From the human T2T-CHM13v2.0 reference genome, Homo sapiens, in assembly GCF_009914755.1 (NCBI RefSeq), contig NC_060925.1: a stretch of 64,000 nucleotides of DNA, one strand, 5' to 3'. Shown here one piece after another: positions 37,686 through 50,270 of this stretch (position 1 is the first letter of the stretch; each line of letters begins with the position of its first letter). The position numbers and the translations under genes were made by a program. The notes below the pieces were generated by a model. It did no database searches. It saw nothing but the letters and a program-made list of their open reading frames with translations, and had not been told where the DNA came from.

Positions 37686-40600
37686 ATATCTTATCAATGG
37701 TTCTTTTGTGTGGCAGCTTTATACTAAATCTCTCCCATATCTCTCAAACTCTAGCAAATACTCATGTCTTTTCCATCACTACATTTTGTCTTTTTCAGAA
37801 TGTCATATAAAGGGGGTTGTGTAATATAGCTCTTTTCAGTCTCATTTCTTTAACTTATCAAATATGCATTTAAGATTCATATGTGTTGCTGTGTGAGGCA
37901 AGAGCTTTCTCTTTTTAAAAATTTATGAGTAGTGTTCCATTGCATGGATATTCCACAGTTTATTTGTGTCCACTCACTCACTGAAGGACTTCTGGGTTGT
38001 TTTTTATCTTGATGATGAATAAAGCTGCTATAAACATTCAAATATTGATCCTTGTATAAACATAAATTTTTAGTTCTCATGGATAAAACTCAAGCATTCA
38101 TTTGCTAGGTTGATTGAAAATTTTGTGGTTAGCGTTATAAAAACTGCCAAAGTGTCCGCTGGAGTGGCTATATCATTTGGCATTTTCACCATCAGAGAAA
38201 GAATTTCCACTATGCCTTGTCCTCAGGAGCATTTGGTATTTTAACGCACCTCCAACCAGAGTCTCATAAGTGTGTAGTGGGGTCTTATTTGAGTCTTTAT
38301 ATGAATTTTCTTAATGCCTAATAAAGTTGGGAATCATTTTATAAACGTATTGGAATCTGCATATCTTCTCTTATGAAGTATCTATCTTTTGCCTATTTTT
38401 ATTGGGTTGCTTGTTTTTGTTTTATTGTTCAGATTTAAGAATTCTTTATGCAATCCAGATATAAGGCTTTTATCAGGTATAATTTGAAGATATTTCTCCA
38501 TATCTGTTGATTGTGCACTTATTCTCTTAACAGTCTTTTGCAAGGCAGAAGATGTCATTGTTTATAAATCCTATTTATCAATTTTTGTTTCTTTCATGGA
38601 TGGTATATTGATGTCATAATTAAAACCTTGTTGCTACATCCAAAGTCATGTAGATTTTCTCTTTCAGAAGTTTTATATTTTATATTTCACAATTTCATCT
38701 ATGATCCATTTTCAGATTTTCATTTTTTGTGTAAAATATATACCATGGATTTTTTTTTCTAGTACTGTTGTTCAAAAGCTTGTCCATTCTGTTTAGTTAT
38801 CTTTGCGTCTTTGTAAAAAATCAGTAGACTGTATTTCCTCAGATCTATTTCTAGCCTTATATTATCTATATATCTATCTTTCCACCAGTACTATGCCTTC
38901 TTGATTACTGTAGCTTTATGTTAAGTCTTGAAATGAAGATAGGAGAATCCTCCATCTTCATTTTTCCATTTTCAAATTATTTAGCTTTTCTAGTTCACTT
39001 ACTTTTTCATACAAATTTTAAAATATAGTTGTCAATATCTACAAAAAGCATGATGGAGTTTTCATTTGGGTTGCACAGAATCTTGATGAAATTGGAGAGC
39101 ATAATTAACAAGGATTAGCCTTTGAATACATGACTATGTATCTTCTTTTAGTAATTTTTAATGATTTCTTTCCATTTTCTATGACTTCTAATTTTCTATG
39201 TTTATAGTCTAATCATAAATGTCCTATATGTATTTTAGGTTTATGCGGCAAGGCCAGGAGAAAAATGACAATGGTCATGGAATTACTGATTATAAATAGA
39301 AAGTATTATTATACTAAAATAGCTTCCTTTCATGAGTAATGTTTCCCCATACTCATATTATTCAAAACTGGTTATTCCATAATCAAAACATATCCTAATA
39401 TAAAAGGGAAATTTTGAGGAGCTAGGTCAAACAATTTGGACAACTCGAATGTTTAATATATGCCTCATGTTTGACAATATTTTTGGAACCAATAATGACA
39501 TTAGGATTCAGGTCAGATCTGTAATTCACATAATTCCATGTTGACAAGTAAACCCTTTGTGTAAGCCCGATTTCCCATTCAACTTAATGAGACCAAAATA
39601 CCAAAACATGACAAATAAATAACAAGTAAAAATCTAAGCTAGACTCTTTCAAAAACATTAATGCAAAGTCCTTCACAAAATATTAGCAAAAATTCAGAAA
39701 TACATGAAAAAGAATAATACATTATAACTAATTTGAATTTATTTCACTAGGACAAACTGGGTTTGGAATATAAGAATCCTTCAAAGTAAATCACTAGAGT
39801 GGAAAAATGGAGTATAAAAATTTATGATTATGTCAATAAGATTTTTAGAAAGTATTTGGTGAAATTTGTTATCCATTTAGGTTCAGAACTCTTTATAAAA
39901 ATTAAGAATATAGGGAGAGAGGCAATCATTAATAGCCTTTCCACGACCTTTTCCTCTAGATTCAGAGAATTCCTCCATCAAAAGTAACTTAAGGAATGAT
40001 TTGGATGGAAATTAAATGAAGGTCCTGATGAGTTTGCCATGCATTGACTGAAATTGTTTTTTGAGTAACCCATAATTGATGAGATGCAACGGCACAGAAA
40101 ACAGAAACAAGTAACATATCTGTGTGGGTTCTATCTGTTTAGTAACGGAAAAAAGCTAAAGAGCCTGCAGATCCAATGCCTTTCCTGAGCTGTGGTGATC
40201 TACACCCCCTTAGTGTCATCTATGTGGGCAAAACAGTCCCTAGATATGAAAGAATTTGGGACATCAGAAACTTCACACGGGAATCAAGTGCTCTACTATA
40301 TTATTACTATGCATTGTGTATTGCGTCTTCTTACTGTTTGTTAAAGCTATTTAAGCTTGATAATGAGTGAAGTCTATTGTGTCCCATGAGTCTGAGAATA
40401 AATCCAAATCCATCTTCACTGATAGTTCAAGCTGTTGAGAATTAATAAAGGAAATATCTTTAGTTCAGTAGAGGTTATTGCAAAAAAAAAAAAAACAAAG
40501 TAAATAGTGTATCTGCTCTTTAAAAAATAAAAAAGTTTTTCCCTCTGAGTTGAAGACTAAGATAATGAAGGACATTACTACCATATGTATTGAATATTGA

Positions 40601-41385
40601 CATTAGGTATCTGCCAATGCAATGAAAAACAAAAGAAAAAACTTAAGAATGAAAAGGAATCATTAATATTGTCATTTTCATGGATAATGTAGTTACATAC
40701 ATAGAAAAGTCAAAATAATGTAATAGAAACTATTAAGTGTAAAAAATGGATTTAGCAAGTTTGCTGAAACCAAGCTATATAACCAAAAATAAATAATATT
40801 CACCATTGGGAAACAATTACAAAATATATTTTTTAAAAAAGTTATTTACAAACACAAGAGTTGTACAAGAATAAACATAACAAAAACATAAACAATTTTG
40901 AGAAAAAATAAAGAAAACCTAGATAAAGCAATGAATCATGTATCTGAATTAGATGTTTCAATATTACAGAGGCATTGGTTTTCTCAAAATGATCTATGAA
41001 TTCAGTATGATCCTCATCAAAACCCTAGCAAAATTTGTCAAATATATAAAGTATACATTTTGTTATCAAAATTCAAAGGACCATGTACTGCCAAAACAAC
41101 CTTGAAGAAAATTTTAAAAGTTGAAGATGCTTTCTACCAGATGTTATCAATTACAATGATATCAATTAGTATGGTGTGGTATTGTCACAAATAGATAAAT
41201 CAAACTATAGGAATTAGAAGACAAAGCAGCATGTATACAAACTCTAGATTTGACTTCTGAAAATATGAGAGTAAAAAGCAGAAGGAAAATGGCAGTCCTT
41301 TCAGTAAATATTGCTAGGTCAATTGGATGACAATTGGGAAAAATAAATAAGTCTTAACTTGGGAATAACACCAGCTTCCAGTTTT

Positions 41386-41555
41386 AGGACTGGCAAATAT
41401 TTTCTTACATGGTAAGAGAATAAATATTTTATGTTTTGGGTCAAGATACAAAACCATGGACCTTATATAGGTACTTATACAGCCATTCAAATGTAGACAT
41501 TTAAAAATGTAAAAAACGTTGTTAGCTCACTGGACATTAAGAAAAGCCAACAACA
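41386..41555. mobile_element. MER58C-like hAT-Charlie MITE
   Basis: GGCAAATATTTTCT...TAAATATTTTA...TAGGTACTTATA...ATTTAAAAATGTAAAAAACGTTGTTAGCTCAC. Confidence 0.65.
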
Positions 41556-42057
41556 AGAGCAACAACAACAAGAAACAAGCAGCTGGACTAAGAAAGACAG
41601 ACAACTCAATATAAAAATGGGCAAAGATTTGAACAGGCACTTCAGAAAAGATAATACTAATTTGCTCAATTTCTTGAATAATCAGAGAAATGCAAATTAA
41701 GCCAAAACAAATTATGTTTCACACTCCTGAAACAGGCACAATTTAAAATTACTGACAATGTCACATTTTGGCAAGGATGAGGACACAGTTAACATTTTTT
41801 TGCTCTGGTAGTAGAAATGCAAATTAATACACTTTTGGAACCTGTTTTACATCTCTATTTAATTCAAATATGCTCATAACAAAATATGTAACAACTTTAC
41901 TTTTAAGCATGAATCCAACAGGTTAACACATACATATTTGATTCAACATGCATGTATAAGGATGTTTACAGCATTATTTAAATTGGTATAATCTACAAAC
42001 AGTTAAAGTGTCTACCTAAAATAGAAAGGATGAACAATATAAGTGGATGGTGGACTA

Positions 42058-42650
42058 CAGTAGGTCATCCAATAACGTCATTTCATCCATTATCTTTTTA
42101 TTATAACATTGATGAGGGGAAAAAATAATTTCTGGCTGTGATCATTGTCTGTGTGGAGTTTGAAGTTTCTCCCCATGTCATTCTGGGTTTTCCTGGGTAC
42201 CCTGCTTTCCTCCTACATCCCAAAAAGGTGCACGTGAGGTTAACAAGTGTGTCTACATGGTAACAGCCTGAGTGAGAGTGGGTATGAGTTCACCTTGCGA
42301 TGGAATGACATCCTGTCCAGGGCTAGTTCCCATTTGGTGCCCTGAGCTGCCAAATGGGCTCTGACATTTATTTCATATAGCTGACATTTATTTCAATGTG
42401 AATTTCTCTGATGTTTCCTAATGATTAAATTCACATTATGCACTATTTGCAAGCATGTTAAAGAGGATTCCAAGTATGTTTGGTCTTTATTTAGAAGTTT
42501 GACAATGTATTTGTGACCAGAAATATGATGTAGGAACTTAACTCAATTTATATCAATTAGTCTATGATAAAATTGGTTTCATTACACAACATTTTGCTTA
42601 AAGTTACAGTTTCCAAGATCCTATCAACTATGTTAATTAAAGACTTGCTA
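42058..42650 (+). mobile_element. MER6A (TcMar-Tigger), internally rearranged
   Basis: TA|CAGTAGGTCATCCAATAACGTC start, TGTCTGTGTGGAGTTTG, and AGTTTCCAAGATCCTATC...GACTTGCTA|TA end. Confidence 0.88.
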
Positions 42651-44565
42651 TATTATAGAGCAGTGAAAATGAGGAAACTACTGCTGCATTCAAATATGAA
42701 TTTCACAAACATTATGATGAGTAAAAGAAATCAGCATAAAATAATATGCACTTCTTAATTCAATTTTTATAAATTAATAAATAAGAAAAATAAACAGGCA
42801 AAATCAATCTGTGGTGTTTGATATTAGAATAGTTGTTACTTTTGTGAAGGAAGAAAGAAAAAATTTAGAGAAGGCAGCTCTAGGGTATGGCAATATGCAA
42901 ATTTTTGATGTGTGTGGCAGTGTGAGTGGACTACTCTGTCATAGTTAATTATGGTGTATATTTATATTTTGTGAATTTTTAGTTAAATGAATATACTTCA
43001 ACAAAAACATTTTTCAAAATCAAATAAAATTTTCCCCAAGATAATATTTATCAGGAAAAATACTTGCTAATGTCTCCCGGATTTTCAAAAGTTAATTCAG
43101 TAGTTCTTTTCTTTATGCAACCTTCCTTGATTACTCTCTCCTTAGAAAATAAAATCTTTGATGAAGCAGTAGGTGCAAAATTTCTTATAGATATTAAACA
43201 ATATTGAACACATAGAAGCACTACTTACAGGAAATAGTCCTGGATTTAATGTCGAAATGTCTGAGTTGTAGCAAGCTCTTGAAGAAGACACTAAATCACT
43301 TGATGTAATCAGGCCCCTGATCACAACTGCCTCCTAGCCTCCAAATCTGGAATTGCCTGCTAACTAATGGAAGAACCTCATAGCCGTTATTTCATTGAAT
43401 GTACTTTTCCTTTATGTTATAGGCTTCCATACATTACTTTCCTATTACCAGTAGTAATTCCCTTCTGGTTTCTGTAAATAACTCATTTCCTTGTTTCTTT
43501 CTTGGTGATATTTTCATGATCTTATCTGGGTATTTTCAGTATCTGATATGCTATGTTAAAGAGCACCAAACTCATTTGACTTTTATTATGTGGATATTGA
43601 CTTGCACTTTTCAGGCTCAGAGATTTTGAGAAGTGTGGTGATAGAGATGCTTGATTCTCATCACTTACTCTACCTAACCTGGATGCGCTATCTCTGGGTG
43701 GGCAATTGATTTTGAAAACATGAGCTGGCCATCTATCACTGCAAATGTCTAGGTCCTATTATATTAAACTCCTTCACAGTATTCACCTCCTAGAAGAGAA
43801 CTCTGTATCATGTATGTCTTCTTCAAGCATTGCTTAAATAAAATAAATTATATTTTATCACCAAGATACTGATTGATTTGAATCCAATATTTTAGACCTT
43901 GCTATAATATTATTTTTCAAAAATCATATGGGTAAATAAGTAAGCATAAGAAATGAAAAACTCAGCAAACTGATGCAAGAGAGATAAACTTGCTGTAGAA
44001 TTTTCCAAGGGGGTTAAATTAAGAAAATTGGGTAATAATGCTTTCAAAAATTATCAGTAAACAGTGATTTATTATAAATCAGGTATCACTGTCAAGTCTA
44101 CTACCCCAAGCTACTTCCTATGAAATTGATTAGAAATCATTGCAATTTGACCATTAGTTAATTTTTAAAAGCTTATCATATCATATTGAGGTAAGTGGAA
44201 AGATACAAGGGCCATAAAAAAATGTACCCTTGCAAGGCTCAAATGTTGGAATAGGTATGAGCTGTTAGTTTTTAATAGTTTAATAATGAAAAAAACAGAA
44301 TAATAGCTATAAACAAAATTTAAGACATATTTTCATATTGGCAAAATATAACCGACGTGTATGATGTCTGAATGAAGGCTAATTTCATGTTTATATAATT
44401 ATATCCAAACAATAAATTGCATGATTGCTGAAAGAGAACAATATTAAAGCAAGTGTGCAATGTTCTGCCCTCCCATTCATATTCAAATAGCAATTGCAAT
44501 GTGAAAAAGAAAAGTTTAACTTCTGTTCAGTTCTAACTCATAGACTTTTAGGGATTTGAGATAGA

Positions 44566-45026
44566 TGTCTCTTAATTTTGGGTCACCTAAATACTAACTC
44601 TAAAAAAGGGATTTAATTGCATGGAAATATATTTGGTAGATTATCCCAGAAAACACTTTCAGTCAGGAAAGAGAAAGAAGCCAGTAAAGGGTGTTTTACT
44701 AAGACAGTCACAACCCTGGGCAACTGGAGCTCAATGAAGCTGGTCAGCTCTGGGAGACAGTGTGGAACATGCTTTGCAGCATCCCCAACCAAGGGATGAA
44801 AAGACTGGCACATTGATGCAGCAAATCCCTGTTTATCCAGGCTTTAAGACCACTTCTGGGAGCACTAAATTGTTGGCACTTTCAGGTTGCCCTGTGCAGA
44901 TACAAAGTATCTCCATGTAGCTGGATAAAATTCTTGCAGCAGTGAATCACAAATGATTGTAAGAAGCAGCCTTTCACATGTAGGGACAGTGAAAGCCATA
45001 GCAGGACACTGATGGTGTCAGCTACG
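44566..45026 (-). mobile_element. LTR16C-like ERVL 3' LTR
   Basis: GAAGCCAGTAAAGGGTG, TGGGCAACTGGAGCTCAAT and CTCTGGGAGACAGTGTGGAACATGC. A PPT-like GGGGAGAA lies on the minus strand at 45028-45035. Confidence 0.75.
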
Positions 45027-45388
45027 ATTCTCCCCATACACCACCCAGTTCATTCAAGCCCCACATTAGGGATATTCTGTCCTGTCATTGATTTTCCAAG
45101 GTGTGACGGGAAACAATTAAAAATAATTAATAGCAATAGTAAGATGAGTGGAAGAAGCTACTGTCCTACTATTAAAGGTGATCGTAAGTAATGTTTATTA
45201 TTACCCTTCCTCTACAATGTATTCTATATCCCCCTTATCATTGGCATATACGCTGGTGTAAGTTACTTGTTTAATGGGGTAACCTAGATCTTCTTCCCTG
45301 GTGGTTTATGCCCTTTGTTATCCTGCATTGTAGTAACTTGGTAGCTGCTATTTTCTGTTCAAGTTGCAGAAACACTCTTTTTGTACCT

Positions 45389-45478
45389 TATACTGATGGT
45401 ATACTCTACCTTGATAGGGTTGTAATAACAACAATTTATTATAACTACCCTATCAAGGTAGAGTATACCATCAGTATA
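45389..45478. repeat. Perfect 32-bp inverted repeat with a 26-bp partly paired spacer
   Basis: TATACTGATGGTATACTCTACCTTGATAGGGT (45389-45420) is the exact reverse complement of 45447-45478. Confidence 0.97.
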
Positions 45479-46031
45479 GAAACTGCTTTTTTGCCTATTG
45501 TCCTACAGCCATGAGGAGCACAAAATAACTGCATGAGAAGGACACTTTAGACATAACAGTCTCCTTAGCCTGTCCATTGGCAGAGGACCCGTTTGGGAAA
45601 CAGCAGAACCTAAAATTATAGATTTGTAAAGAACAAATTCCCCAAATGATTCACTGGGAGTGTGAATGAGAAGAGCCCATTCTTACTTCCACCTCTTGGA
45701 TTCAAGACCCATGAATTTTAGCTAATGGTCATTGATACGATGTATAAACCACTTTTTGAAAAGCAGTATCCTAAATCTACAGGGTGTCATTCCACAACTG
45801 GTATCTTAAATGAACTTTCTAGTATTATATTAAGTTGGCTGCCTGTTAGGTGAAACCAGAAAATTCTGTGTATATTCATTGAATATACATTGAATGATAA
45901 GAAGTAGGATACTTGGGTAATTGCACTGACTGAGCCACTATAAGTAAAAAAGCAAATATTGTACATACTAAGGATAGAAAAAATAATCCAAGAAAAGATG
46001 AATTGTTTCCATATTTAAAATAAATATTTTC

Positions 46032-46323
46032 GGCTGGGCACAGTGGCTCATGCCTGTAATCCCAGCACTTTGGGAGGCCGATGTGGGCAGATCATGAGGT
46101 CAGGAATTTGAGACCAGCCTAGCCAACATGGTGAAACCCCGTCTCTACTAAAAATACAAAAATTAATTGGACATGGTGGTGTGTGCCTGTAGTCCCAGCT
46201 ACTCAGGAGGCTGAGGCAGGAGAATCACTTGAACCCAGGAGGCGGAGGTTGCGGTGAGCCGAGATGGCACCGCTGCACTCCAGCCTGGGCAACAGAGCGA
46301 GACTTCACCTCAAAAAAAAAAAA
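46032..46323 (+). mobile_element. AluSg-like element
   Basis: Full Alu with GATCATGAGGTCAGGAATTTGAGACCAGCC and an A tail. Confidence 0.95.
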
Positions 46324-46807
46324 GAAATGAAAAATTTCCAATGCAATCAACTTTTAATTGATTGGTTCATTAGACTCTTTCTGCTATTTTAAGGGCTCAG
46401 CATTGGTCTCTGCTGCTGACAGCTTGACCCCACATGGATGTAGCTATTTCAGTTATGGGGCCATTACACAAGGCCTAGGGTAGCCATAAGCAGAGGTGTG
46501 GTAACATGCACTAGATGAATTATTCTATCAACCTAGTTGTTCTGGGAATTCTCTCTTGTGGATGGTCTCTGGTAAGCATGGACATGAGACTCAATCCATC
46601 ATATATATTTCCCTACTTCTGTAGGTAAATCCACCTGACTCTTGCCCCTGATTTCATAGTCACCAATAATTCAGTCTTCTTTTTTCCAGGCCCGTGATTA
46701 AGCAGAAAGCTATTGACCACTATCCAGAGTTCATAAATATCTTTAACTCACTCACTTTTCCCTCCACAACAAGTTGACAACCAGATATTTCCATAAAGTA
46801 GCTCACG

Positions 46808-47011
46808 ACATGGCAGGTAACAAGAGCTCTGAGAGAGAGAGAGCCACAGAGGGAGGGCAGGTTGGAAGTAAACTAATCTTGAATGAAAGACCTCCTATCA
46901 AACTTTCCATATTCTGTTCCTTGGATCCAGACCAAGCTCAAGGGATTATATGAGGTGCTGACTATCAGGAGCTGGATATCCCTGGGTACCATTCTAGAAG
47001 CCACCTACCAC
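46808..47011 (-). mobile_element. MLT1F/G/H-type LTR fragment
   Basis: Ends CCATTCTAGAAGCCACCTACCACA, the reverse of the MLT1 TGTGGTAGG start. Confidence 0.6.
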
Positions 47012-47139
47012 AACAAACTTTATCTTTTAGCTCTTTCTTTTCAATCTGATAACCTTCAATATCTAACCATGATTACTGACTATTATTATAACAAAAATCA
47101 CTACAGTCATAGTTATTCTTATAAAATTTTCACAAATGA

Positions 47140-47880
47140 AGAATAAAGCTAGCACCTTTGACATCAGAAAAAAGACAAAAATGCCCCTTACCAATTCTAT
47201 TCATCATTGTACTGGAAGTTCTAAACACGAAGTAAAAAGAGAAAAAAATAAGAAACAAAACTGTACATACGAACGTGTCTGTAGAAAATACAAAAGAATA
47301 CACATATAAAGCATTAGATTTAACAAGAGAGTTTGAAAAAGTTGCTGGAAATTTTATTAATTTACAAAATCAATTGCATACATGAGACAATTACAATTTA
47401 AAAATTAAGTTTTGAAAGATTACCATTTAAAATAGCATCAACTCACAGAACAAAAATCAGAAATAAAACAAGGGGTATTGCTATTAACATTACAGAATTT
47501 TTAAAAACTGCTATGAACAACTGTATGCCAAAGAATTAAACAGCCTAACTAAAAAGTACAAATTCCAAGGAACACACAAAATATTGAACCTGACTCAAGA
47601 AGAAATAGAAAATCTACATAGACCTATAAGTAAAGAGACTGAATCGGATATTTTTTAATTCTCGCAAAAAAACAAAAGATAAAGAAAATACAAGACCAGA
47701 TCACTTCACTGGTGGATTATACCAAAAGTTTAAAGAGAAATTAACACCAATCATTCTCCAACTCTTCAAAAACTAGAAGAGGAGATAATACTGTCCAACT
47801 TTTTCTATAATGCCAGTATTACTCTGCAACCAAAACCAGACATTAAAAAAGAGAAGAAAACTATAGAGTAATTTTCTATA
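47140..47880 (+). mobile_element. Old L1M ORF2 fragments
   Basis: ATTGTACTGGAAGTTCTA, GACTCAAGAAGAAATAGAAAATCT and CTTCACTGGTGGATT. Confidence 0.75.
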
Positions 47881-48761
47881 TAAAGAAATTATTTTAATCT
47901 TAACTTTTGTCTTCCTAGATCAGTTTTTCCCAATTGTATTTTAATGTGCAGTTATATTTTTTCACTTACTTTATGAAAATTTCTTCTAAATTTTATGTGC
48001 TTTATATATACATTATCCTTTTGATACATCATATTCTTGCAATAGTTTGTATACCTTTATAATTTACAACTTGGTTTCATTTGGTTTACAGTTTATGCTT
48101 TGTATTTCTAAAATGACTTACATTTGGTTTTTAAAATTTCTCTTAGAATTATTTTCTAATCATTGTTTGTAAGTCATTTTAAAGCACAAAGAAAAAGCAT
48201 AATTGTATACAGAGTTAGGGACTAAGTGATACATACAAGAAAATCAAATAAAACAAAATTGCAAAGTGTAATGGTGTATAACCAATGATGATCAAAAAAT
48301 AAGTATAAGAGAAATTCATGCCATATAAAAAGTCTGTGATATCTCTTACATAAAGGTAATATGATATTTTAATTAATAAGTACAATGGCAGGAAAAGTAA
48401 ATTGTGCTATAACAATTGCCAGATGTGGATTTAATTTTTACACAAAATGCCCGAATATTTCTAATTACCATAAATATATGATTATATGTATGTATTAATA
48501 TAAGAATATGAGAGTTACACAGAAATAATATAACTAATATTTTTTGAAATTTTCTTATTTCAGTATATCAATTTTGGACAGTAGATAATATGGATATATT
48601 GAAGCAAGACTTTAGGAACAATTACTTTGAGTAATTATGACCAGCATACAAATATTGTTCTGTACCTACACCAAATCTGGGAATTTTCTTCAATGCAGTT
48701 AAATACTCAGGTCACTGTTAAAAAGTACTGGTGCCTCTTAATGACCTAAGAGAAATAAGGT

Positions 48762-48940
48762 CATGCTATTCAAAGTGTGGTCCTTAAAATGATGTGGGTC
48801 CACAGGTTTTTTTTTTTTCTTTCTTTCTTTCCTTTTCTACAAAAGGAAGAGTTAAAAAATTGAGAGTAAACATTTAGAAACTCTTATAATAGTGTAGCAG
48901 AATAATTTATGTCTGTTGGGTCTCATAAAAATTAGGAAAA
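48762..48940 (+). mobile_element. Charlie4a-like hAT fragment
   Basis: TGCTATTCAAAGTGTGGTCC...AATTGAGAGTAAACATTTAGAAAC...TTTATGTCTGTTG. Confidence 0.7.
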
Positions 48941-48947
48941 TAAATTA

Positions 48948-49087
48948 TATCAGAAGGATACCTACACATGTATGTTTATCACAGCCCTATTTACAATAGC
49001 AGATATGTGGTATCAACCAAAGCGTCCATCAGTGGATGGTTGGATAAATAATATAATACAGTGAAATACTAATCAGCCATAAAAAAG
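48948..49087 (+). mobile_element. L1 ORF2 C-terminal fragment
   Basis: TATGTTTATCACAGCCCTATTTACAATAGC...TCAGCCATAAAAAAG. Confidence 0.75.
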
Positions 49088-49219
49088 TCATTAGTATTTC
49101 AATAAAGTCTGCAAAGCTCTCATTTTAAAATATCAGTTTCTGTAACTAGGCAGTAAGATTGTCTAAAATAAAATTTCCCAGTATTCTTCTGAGAATGTTG
49201 AATATAAAATACAATCCTG

Positions 49220-49529
<310 letters not shown>

Positions 49530-50201
49530 ACTCCTGTTGTTTTAATACCATAATAGATGACTTACAGACTTATAATGAGGTTTTGGGAAAGTCAATGATG
49601 AGCTGAGCAGAAGCCGGCATACAGGAAAGGGAAATGAGATCTGGAAGAGTTTGGGCAGAAATCTGTGCCACAGATGATCGGCTGCTCTCTGCCACAGGTG
49701 AGGTGAGGCCAAGGGGTCATCTCGGATTATTGTTTTGGTTTAACAAATAGTTGGTCAACATTTTTAATTAAACCGACTTTTAAAACAAAATCATGTGTGA
49801 AGCATCCAATTATATATTTTAAATACATAAAATATCTAGTTTAGTAGCCTTGGAAGGTTATTATGAAATAAGAACTATATATTTTGTTTGTATAAAGAAA
49901 AATAAAACTTGAAAATGGAAAGGATCTCAAGAGGTTCTAAGGGGCCAACTTACGTTGAAATTCAATATTTTGCTTGGGAAATTTTGTGATTTTCACATAT
50001 ATCCTAGTTTCTTGTGCAATTAGCTAGAAGAATGACACAAAATTGAGGTCCCAAAGTTGTAGTACAGATGTAAGGAAAAAGAGTATGTATAATCAATAAG
50101 GAAACAGCTATATCTGTTAGAGAAATATAGAACAGACTATTGATTTTGCTCATCAGAAATGTTGACAGAGCAAAAACTTATTATAGAATAATTCTTCTTT
50201 A

Positions 50202-50270
50202 TTTCCTTCATTTCTCCTTCCTTCCTTCCTCTCCCTCTCACTCCCTCCTTCCTCCCTTCCTTCCTTTCTT
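50202..50270. repeat. CT-rich polypyrimidine low-complexity tract
   Basis: Degenerate (CCTT)n/(CCCT)n. Confidence 0.8.

Larger units (their letters stand above)
39650..43010 (+). mobile_element. L1ME ORF2 and 3' UTR relic with nested inserts
   Basis: ATGCAAAGTCCTTCACAAAATATTAGCAAA, AAATGGGCAAAGATTTGAACAGGCACTTC and ACAGGCAAAATCAATCTGTGGTG occur in L1 order. Confidence 0.7.
45027..46805 (-). mobile_element. ERVL (ERV3-16A3/HERV16-like) internal relic
   Basis: Contiguous with the LTR16 and resembles the 6850-7450 ERVL relic in sequence character. Confidence 0.55.

Noticed and set aside
49568-49702. Possible internal exon ending at CAG|GTGAG
   Set aside because: The acceptor is weak, there is no recognisable reading frame, and no partner exons are evident.
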